A stretch of 64,000 bases of DNA from Bacteroidota bacterium (GTDB lineage Bacteria; Bacteroidota; Bacteroidia; CAILMK01). Below the pieces are notes generated by a model. That model saw only the letters and a program-made list of their open reading frames with translations. It was not told the origin of the DNA and searched no databases. A program made the translations under genes and the position numbers. The DNA is taken from positions 1,820-65,819 of the forward strand of contig JABDBQ010000011.1 of assembly GCA_013288555.1 (NCBI GenBank), given 5' to 3'. Position 1 is the stretch's first letter; each line of letters opens with the position of its first letter. Positions 56,616-64,000 of this stretch are shown one piece after another.

Positions 56616-59600
56616 TCAGGGCAGCACTGTTACATTTCCCTGGAAAAAGTAAAGGTTGTTATCTACGCCCTTTACATCAATGAGGTATTTATAAACATCA
56701 TTGATTGGTTTCGCTCCTTTGAATGAACCATTCCATGAATCTTTAATGTTATGGGATTCAAAAACAAGGGTTCCCCAGCGATCATATATCCTGATATGAT
56801 ATTCGTTGATGAACAAGCCTTTTATGTCTAAAGAATCGTTCAGGCCGTCATTATTGGGTGTAAAAGCATTAGGCACAAAAACCCTTGTTTTTGCCTGGAT
56901 GCATGCGACATTAGAAATGCTGCTTATTGCCAGGTTTTGATCAGGATTTGATGGGGGGCCGTTTCTATGCGCAATCACCCTATAGCAATATTGCGGTAAT
57001 GAGTTAAGGTCAGTAGAATAATCAATAAAGGTTGTATCGCTGCCCGATTTTGTTCTGCCCAGCGTGTCAAATTTTCCGCTCGTGTTTTCAAAATCTATTT
57101 CATAATATCTCACTCCTTCCGGCCATGACCTGTAAGCCGTCCAGTTCAGTATAGGTCTTACATCCTGGGTGGTATCTGCTTTCAGTAAAATAGTTTTAGC
57201 TATATTCCCATGTTCACTGATATCTCCGCAGCTATCCATAAGGCTCAGGCGGTAGGAATAAGAATTGTTGTGAACATCCGCTTTTGAATCATAGTAAGAA
57301 AATGTAGTGCTGTTAAATGGCGTATCTAAAATATTGTATTTCACACCATCATAAGATTTTTCCAGGATCCATTTTCTTACTTTCAAAGAAGGTATATTGC
57401 TCCATTCAATAAGAACGTTACGGTTATCAGGAACGGTAGCGTCTATCAGCTGAGGATTAGGAAGTTTAGGTATATGAACGGGTAAAGTGGTGCTGGTATC
57501 ACTCCATGAAAACTGTCCATAGCCGCCACTTTCATAGGCTTTGATTTTGTATGTAACCGGTTTATAGCATATTATATTTGAATCGATATACTGTAAGGTG
57601 TCAGGCCCCACAAAATTAAGCGGGATATAAGAATTTGAATAATAACTTTTTCTGAATACCTGGTATTTTAATACATTCCATCCTACATAAGGAGTCCATG
57701 AAATTAGCGCCTCATCAACACCCGGTCTGGCCGTAACATCCATGCTGCAGTGTACAGGGGAATGCAATGAGTAATGACCGCAGATATTGCGTGATTGTAC
57801 ATTAAAGCAATATACATTCTTCAGGGTATTAAGTTTGCCAATATTTATTACGGTATCATTCAAATTAAGCGTGCTGTCGACGGGTATAAAATTACCGTTT
57901 ATATCTTCCATATAGATGATATAACTATGAAAATCCACATCAATAAATTTTGAAAAATCAATTTCAACACTGGTGTCACTTGCTACTGTAACGCGGTATA
58001 ACACAGGTGGGGGCGGTGGTATGGTGTCTCCAACCAGGATGGCAGCTTTGCGGATGAGCGAATCTGTACATGCCTTATAATTTTCAGCAAATAATGAAAC
58101 GGTGTACAACCCTTTTTTTACATACATGTGGGTCGGATTAATCGAAGTAGATGAATCACCGTCCCCGAAATGCCAAAGCCTTGATTTAATGGCAGTGTCA
58201 CTTTTAGACGTATCGGTAAACTGGTTAATGGTGCCTACACAACTTGTTGCCGGTGATTTGAAACCAGCTATAATCCCCCCTATTTTTATTTTTCTGATAA
58301 TCATGCCGACACAGCCATGGCTGTTGGTAACTGTAAGCCCAAGATCATAAGTCCCGTTCTTTTTATAAACATGAGTTGGATTTTGTGCAGATGATTTAGC
58401 AGTGCTGTCTCCAAAATCCCAGGACCACGATACGAGAGTCCCGCCATTAGCATGCGCTACAGATCTGTCATAAAAAAAGGTAGGGAATCCTGAACAAATG
58501 GAATCAAAAACAAAATCAGGGGTTGGAAGTGAATCAACGATTATAGTATCCTTGATGGGCAAAGCATAAGAGCAATTAAAACTATCGCTAAGAATAAGGA
58601 CAGGGGTATAATTTCTGGCAGATACATATGTATTCGTAAATACGGCATTGGTATCTATATTTCCGTCTCCGGCATCCCAGGTAAATTTCTTGGCATTTTT
58701 TGATAACGCAGTAAAATTAACAGTAAGGGGAACACAACCGCGATGGGGGCTTTCGCTGTAGGAACCTACGGCACCTTTTATCTTAATAATGCCCGGTATG
58801 GTTATAGAGTCCTGGCATCCCAATGAATCTGTGATTTTAAGGCTTACTGTATAACTTCCGGGTAAAAAATAAACTTTACTCGGACTTTCGGTAAATACAT
58901 GCGGCGATCCATCCCCAAAATCCCACTCATATCCAGTATATCCTCCGAAAACAAAGTGTGATTTATCGATAAAATTGACAGGATATGGAGGGCAATTGTT
59001 TAGATCTGTAGTGCTGTAACTAAAATTAGCCTTTGAAAATGATTTTTTAACTTTAAGAATTTTGGAAATAGTATCAGCACATCCGTTCATATCCGTCATT
59101 TTCAGGGTGACTTTGTAAGTGCCGTTTTTGGCATATCCATATACTGGATTGCGCTGATTTGATTTGGCGGAACCATCGCCAAAATCCCAGAGATAGTTGA
59201 ATGGACCCAGGCCACTGTCAGTAGGGGTAAATATGTATAAGGTCGTGGTGCAGGTATATCCTGAATCGATTGTAAAGTCAGCTATTGGCTGAGAAGGATA
59301 TACTATCTGTGAATAAAAATTCGTACATAATGGATCAGATTCAGTAAGATAATTTGTGTAGCCCCAGTTCTGGTTTGTTGGCGGTGTCTTAAAAGTATAA
59401 AACATCGTGTCTGCCGTATCTTTCAGAATAGTTCCATCGCCCATATTGTAGGCTCTGGAAATAATACTAGAATCCGCGTTTGGAATTTCAATCATCCGGA
59501 TCTTCAATGGCACGCATCCGCTGTTTTTATCGATAATAAATTTTGGTAATGGGCCGCCAACTTTTACGGGAGGCGTTATTACTATCTTTTGGATACAATT

Positions 59601-62039
59601 TGTGGCTGAATTGACTGATTTAAGTTTTACAGTATCAATACCCCTGCCCTGATAAACATATGTGATTTTCTGCAGTGTATCCTTAGGGGGACGAAGATCG
59701 GTTGAGCTAAGCGTACTATCCCCGTTGCCGAAATAGATGACATCGTGTGTCGAGTCATTTGAAGTAATAAAAAACTTATTCGTAAATGGGATGCAACCAA
59801 TTGACAGTGAATCTTTAAAAGTAACCGTCCAGGGCTGCGGAATAACAATTCCTAAATTGTATTTAAATGTATCGGTACAGCCTGAAGTATCATTTTTTAC
59901 GATCATATAAGGATTAAATGTCCCTTGTTTGTATATATGTACCAGGTTTCGTTTTGTAGCGGTATCATTATCACCAAAAAAATATTCAACATGGTTGTTG
60001 TCAAGCGATTTATCGGTGAAAGTTACCGCACTAAGATTGCAGGGATCTTTCTGGGCCCATGCAAAATTAGACCAGGGCCCAACTATCTTTATTAAGTTTT
60101 TCTTTATCAATGTATCATTACAACCGTGGTTGGTGGTTATGAGGGTAGCGCCGTAAACACCAGGTTTATCATCTAAAAAGGGAGAAACCCTAGATGTAAA
60201 GGTAACAACAGGTGTATAGGCAGTGCGTCCTTCAGTGAAAGTCCATGCATAACTTTCGGCGCGCACAGCATTCGGGCCAAGGGAATCATTTGACGTGCTG
60301 ATGAATTTCAGGTTGCGCATATTGTTGAGACATCCCGAATCAGGCCCTCCGATAAAACTAACAGGGGGTTTATCTCCTGCCAGAATGGAGTCCAATGCAG
60401 TTACTTTGCAGCCATGGTCTGTTTCAATCATCAGCGAAATATCAAATGTTCCGGTATCATTATAGATTCGGTTCCCCGGATTTTTAACGTTGGAAGTATC
60501 TCCAATCTTTTTACTGAATTTCCATGAATATGTTTTTACAGGATCATAGGTAGAAATATTGCTTAAAAGGGACACTGTCAGGGGTACACATCCACTGGGC
60601 GGGCTCGCAGTTATTGCGGCAGTAGTTGCCCAGGCATAAATATAATCGCTTTTAGTTAGTGTTTCAACACATTGATTGTCATCTATAACGACCATCGTAA
60701 TTGTAAATGGGCTGGTTGGAGGTTGTGGTGGTCCTAACGGCGGCTTGTCAGGATATCTATGCATTGAAGCCGTATCATGTTTAGTGCTGTCTCCATAATC
60801 CCAATAAAGCACTTTTGTATTTGCTCCCGAAGTATTTATCAATGTCGTAATAAAAGGCAACTGACATAAAACCGTATCAGCTGAAAAAGAAGCAGTGTAT
60901 GCTTTTGTGACATGTATCAGGCTCGTTTTGGTCACAGAGTTGGTGCATCCCGTAGGATTTGTCACCGTCTCTTTCACATCATATGTGCCAATAGCATAGG
61001 TATGTACCGGGAATTGTGAAGTTGAGGTATTCCCATCTCCAAAATCCCAGCTGAAGCTTGCACCTGAAAATACACCTGTACTGATGTCTGTGAAATCAAC
61101 AACAAATGGTGCGCATCCATTCGTAGCACTAGCAAGAAAATCTGCAATCGGATTTCCTATGTAAATATATCCGGGCCTATCTGCTGTCCCAATACATCCG
61201 GTTGAATCGGTTACGGTTAGCTTTACTTCGAAATTACCGTCCACAATATAGTCGTGTGTTGGGTTGGCAACAGTTGCCGGGTTTGATCCATCCCCGAAAT
61301 TCCAGTTGTACGAAAATCCCCCGAAACTGGACGAAACCTTTGCAGTAAATTTAATACTTTGAGTCGGGGCACATCCTCCGCCAGAATTTGAGCTAAAATT
61401 AACTACAGGTGGCGATCCGACAACGATCGGAGAGGCGAAATGATAAGATCCGGGGCAACCGTTTGTATCTGTAAGGTATAGCGAAACTTTATAAGTGTTA
61501 AGCATGGAATAGGAATGCGGAGGGGGGCTTTGGTCTGAAGAAGTGTTGCCATCCCCAAAATCCCAGAGATATTTTGAAATGGGAGCCGATCCTGATGAGC
61601 TGTTGTCGGTAATGGAAATAGTAAACGGAGAACATCCGGCAGTTTTAGCTACTGAAAAATTTGCAGTCGGGCCATTAAATATCGTTACGCTTTTGGTTAC
61701 AGAGTCAACTTTATTGCCATCGGTTACAATAAGAGTTATATAATACGTTTTAGGGTTTACATAAATTGCACTTGCATCTTGAGTCGTTGCTTTATTTCCG
61801 TTTCCAAGCTTCCAGAGATAAGTAGCAGCCGAAGAAGCTCCGGAAGTAGCGTTCTTATAAGATTCCTGGAGATAGGTGCAGCCCGTCGCCTTTGGAGATG
61901 AAAGGGTAAAATTTGCCTTCAATTGTGCCTGCGCATCAAAACTGAGCACTGCGCAAAACATTATAAGCCAATACCTGAAATTATGGATAGGAGTGAACAT
62001 ATACCAAAACAAAGGTATAAAAATACGGTAAAATAACAA
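56616..62039 (-). CDS. Large PKD-repeat surface protein with T9SS type B (gliding-associated) CTD
   Basis: Many WDFGDG PKD repeats; VPNAFTPNNDGLND...IYDRWG. Confidence 0.9.
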   Translation of the reverse strand: MLFYRIFIPLFWYMFTPIHNFRYWLIMFCAVLSFDAQAQLKANFTLSSPKATGCTYLQESYKNATSGASSAATYLWKLGNGNKATTQDASAIYVNPKTYYITLIVTDGNKVDSVTKSVTIFNGPTANFSVAKTAGCSPFTISITDNSSSGSAPISKYLWDFGDGNTSSDQSPPPHSYSMLNTYKVSLYLTDTNGCPGSYHFASPIVVGSPPVVNFSSNSGGGCAPTQSIKFTAKVSSSFGGFSYNWNFGDGSNPATVANPTHDYIVDGNFEVKLTVTDSTGCIGTADRPGYIYIGNPIADFLASATNGCAPFVVDFTDISTGVFSGASFSWDFGDGNTSTSQFPVHTYAIGTYDVKETVTNPTGCTNSVTKTSLIHVTKAYTASFSADTVLCQLPFITTLINTSGANTKVLYWDYGDSTKHDTASMHRYPDKPPLGPPQPPTSPFTITMVVIDDNQCVETLTKSDYIYAWATTAAITASPPSGCVPLTVSLLSNISTYDPVKTYSWKFSKKIGDTSNVKNPGNRIYNDTGTFDISLMIETDHGCKVTALDSILAGDKPPVSFIGGPDSGCLNNMRNLKFISTSNDSLGPNAVRAESYAWTFTEGRTAYTPVVTFTSRVSPFLDDKPGVYGATLITTNHGCNDTLIKKNLIKIVGPWSNFAWAQKDPCNLSAVTFTDKSLDNNHVEYFFGDNDTATKRNLVHIYKQGTFNPYMIVKNDTSGCTDTFKYNLGIVIPQPWTVTFKDSLSIGCIPFTNKFFITSNDSTHDVIYFGNGDSTLSSTDLRPPKDTLQKITYVYQGRGIDTVKLKSVNSATNCIQKIVITPPVKVGGPLPKFIIDKNSGCVPLKIRMIEIPNADSSIISRAYNMGDGTILKDTADTMFYTFKTPPTNQNWGYTNYLTESDPLCTNFYSQIVYPSQPIADFTIDSGYTCTTTLYIFTPTDSGLGPFNYLWDFGDGSAKSNQRNPVYGYAKNGTYKVTLKMTDMNGCADTISKILKVKKSFSKANFSYSTTDLNNCPPYPVNFIDKSHFVFGGYTGYEWDFGDGSPHVFTESPSKVYFLPGSYTVSLKITDSLGCQDSITIPGIIKIKGAVGSYSESPHRGCVPLTVNFTALSKNAKKFTWDAGDGNIDTNAVFTNTYVSARNYTPVLILSDSFNCSYALPIKDTIIVDSLPTPDFVFDSICSGFPTFFYDRSVAHANGGTLVSWSWDFGDSTAKSSAQNPTHVYKKNGTYDLGLTVTNSHGCVGMIIRKIKIGGIIAGFKSPATSCVGTINQFTDTSKSDTAIKSRLWHFGDGDSSTSINPTHMYVKKGLYTVSLFAENYKACTDSLIRKAAILVGDTIPPPPPVLYRVTVASDTSVEIDFSKFIDVDFHSYIIYMEDINGNFIPVDSTLNLNDTVINIGKLNTLKNVYCFNVQSRNICGHYSLHSPVHCSMDVTARPGVDEALISWTPYVGWNVLKYQVFRKSYYSNSYIPLNFVGPDTLQYIDSNIICYKPVTYKIKAYESGGYGQFSWSDTSTTLPVHIPKLPNPQLIDATVPDNRNVLIEWSNIPSLKVRKWILEKSYDGVKYNILDTPFNSTTFSYYDSKADVHNNSYSYRLSLMDSCGDISEHGNIAKTILLKADTTQDVRPILNWTAYRSWPEGVRYYEIDFENTSGKFDTLGRTKSGSDTTFIDYSTDLNSLPQYCYRVIAHRNGPPSNPDQNLAISSISNVACIQAKTRVFVPNAFTPNNDGLNDSLDIKGLFINEYHIRIYDRWGTLVFESHNIKDSWNGSFKGAKPINDVYKYLIDVKGVDNNLYFFQGNVTVLP

Positions 62040-62235
62040 CTATTACAATATTTGCGCCTGTTTTTTTTATTAACTCTGAAATTGAACCGAATTTAATATC
62101 TTCTTGTTTACTCTGCTTTCGAACCCGGGAATCGGGATTTTTCCTTCAATTAACCACTGAAAATGATACTTTTGCAGTAATGATGATTGTTGAAAATCAT
62201 TTTTTTCCTTGTAATTGCTTGTTTAAACACATATT

Positions 62236-64000
62236 ATGAACATTCTTTTAGGATATTTAAAAAAGTACTGGCCCATGTGTCTTCTCGCTCTGGGGCTTGC
62301 CACTATTAACCAGACTTTCTCATTGCTTGACCCATTGATTATGAGAAGGATTATTGATCATTATATTACGCCAAAAGCAACTTTATCAGAAAAAGTTTTC
62401 GTCAACGGTGTCATTGGCCTTATTTTGCTCGGGATGGGGTTCGCTATGGTATCCCGGATTGCAAAAAATTTCCAGGATTATTTTTTAAATGTGATTATTC
62501 AAAAAAATGGTGCGAAAATATATCAGGATGGGTTGAAACACTCCCTGAGCCTTCCATACCAGGTATTTGAGGATCAGCGCAGCGGGCATACCCTTAATAT
62601 TTTGCAGCAGGTACGGTCAGATAGTGAAAGACTTATCAGCTCAGTTGTGAATATTTTATTTACATCATTAATAGGGTTTGCATTTGTTACCATTTTTGCT
62701 TTCAGGGTAAACTGGATGGTAGCGGTTACTTATCTTGGAGCTATACCTGTTATAGGGGTTTTGAGTTCTGTACTTAGCCGCAAAATAAAGAAAGTACAAC
62801 GTGTTATTGTGGGCGAAACCGCGTCACTTGCAGGGGCAACAACTGAATCATTAAGAAATATTGAGCTTATCAAGAGCCTGGGCCTTAGCAAACAAGAAGA
62901 AGCACGACTCAATCTTACTACGGACAAAATTTTGAAACTTGAATTAAGAAAAGTAAAGTTTATCCGTTCATTGTCTTTTATTCAGGGCACAACCATTAAC
63001 CTGATCAGAAGCGCCATTATTGCACTAATGATGTACCTGATATTCAGGAATAGTTTAACAATAGGCGATTATCTTGCTTTAATGGTGTATTCTTTTTTTA
63101 TTTTCGGGCCTTTGCAGGAATTAGGAACTGTGATACAGGTTTATAGGGAGGCACAGGTTTCTCTGAATAATTTTGCTAACATCATGAATACACCTGCCGA
63201 AGAAAAACCGGCGAATCCAACTCCGATTCCGCAAATAGAAAGTCTTGAATTTCTGAACGTTAGCTTCAAACATCTGTCCTCTGAAAAGCCGGCCTTGAAC
63301 CACATTGGTTTTAAGGCGGAAAGAGGCAATACTTTCGCATTTGTCGGTCCATCAGGGGCGGGTAAAACGACCCTAGTCAAGCTGCTTGTAGGTTTATATC
63401 AACCCATGGAAGGACAAATTTTATACAACGGAATTTCGGGGAAAGATATTGATCTGGATGACCTTCGGGAGCGCATTGGTTTTGTGACCCAGGATACCCA
63501 ATTGTTTTCGGGATCCATTCGTGAAAATTTATTATTTGTAAACCCGAATGCTACTGAGAGCCAGTGCTATGATGTGCTGCTAAAGGCAGAATGCGAGAAC
63601 CTCCTTGCCCGTGCTGATAAAGGCCTTGATACCATTATTGGTGAGAGGGGGGTAAAGGTTTCGGGTGGGGAAAAACAACGGCTTTCCATTGCAAGAGCCT
63701 TGCTGCGAAACCCGGATCTGCTTGTTTTTGATGAAGCTACATCATCTCTCGATTCACTCACTGAAGAGGAAATTACGAAAACCATCCGTGAAATCTCGGC
63801 ACGTGAGGAACAAATTACTATTTTAATAGCACACCGCCTTTCTACAATACTACATGCTGATAAAATATTCGTACTTGAGAAAGGAAAAATCATAGAATCG
63901 GGCAAACATGAAGAACTGGTAGAATCTAAAGGTTTGTACTATGCAATGTGGCGTCAGCAAATAGGCGAAAGCAGGGAAGAAGAAGAGACTTTAAGCGTTG
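62236..64000 (+). CDS. ABC exporter, fused TMD-NBD (runs off window end; absent from ORF track)
   Basis: ATG 62236 MNILLGYLKKYW...; GPSGAGKT, VSGGEKQR, FDEATSSLD, IAHRLST. Confidence 0.92.
   Translation, partial: MNILLGYLKKYWPMCLLALGLATINQTFSLLDPLIMRRIIDHYITPKATLSEKVFVNGVIGLILLGMGFAMVSRIAKNFQDYFLNVIIQKNGAKIYQDGLKHSLSLPYQVFEDQRSGHTLNILQQVRSDSERLISSVVNILFTSLIGFAFVTIFAFRVNWMVAVTYLGAIPVIGVLSSVLSRKIKKVQRVIVGETASLAGATTESLRNIELIKSLGLSKQEEARLNLTTDKILKLELRKVKFIRSLSFIQGTTINLIRSAIIALMMYLIFRNSLTIGDYLALMVYSFFIFGPLQELGTVIQVYREAQVSLNNFANIMNTPAEEKPANPTPIPQIESLEFLNVSFKHLSSEKPALNHIGFKAERGNTFAFVGPSGAGKTTLVKLLVGLYQPMEGQILYNGISGKDIDLDDLRERIGFVTQDTQLFSGSIRENLLFVNPNATESQCYDVLLKAECENLLARADKGLDTIIGERGVKVSGGEKQRLSIARALLRNPDLLVFDEATSSLDSLTEEEITKTIREISAREEQITILIAHRLSTILHADKIFVLEKGKIIESGKHEELVESKGLYYAMWRQQIGESREEEETLSV

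Overview
Bacteroidetes (Bacteroidota) chromosomal window; TAnnTTTG -7 promoters, T9SS cargo and typical REP/heptamer repeats support the phylum call. The backbone is housekeeping: phoH, purC, menF, menD, dnaE2, acyl-CoA dehydrogenase, tRNA-Thr(CGT), rpoN, asnS, aspS, nuoG/H/I, an M16 peptidase and an ABC exporter. Accessory genes include a toxin-antitoxin cluster, two Fic genes and T9SS proteins. The most striking region is a compact ~10 kb phage-derived cassette (19983-29851): an S24/CI-like repressor with a TACAA-N6-TTGTA operator array, a divergent ECF-like sigma factor, a glycosyltransferase, terminase, a tail chaperone with an intact -1 frameshift site, a DUF1566-tipped virion protein and holin-like genes. 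It has no integrase, replication, portal, capsid, tape-measure or endolysin gene. An ~85 bp gap-free non-coding motif (IHF-like site, CCACCCACTT, CTATATATGTA) upstream of the phage sigma gene recurs twice elsewhere (6725-6810 and 37370-37454). Both outside copies are followed by a second conserved ~200 bp non-coding element with IHF-like sites flanked by inverted and direct arms. Together these suggest, by inference only, a domesticated phage-derived (GTA-like) system with chromosomally dispersed cis-sites. All protein calls come from motif recognition by eye; no database search was run.
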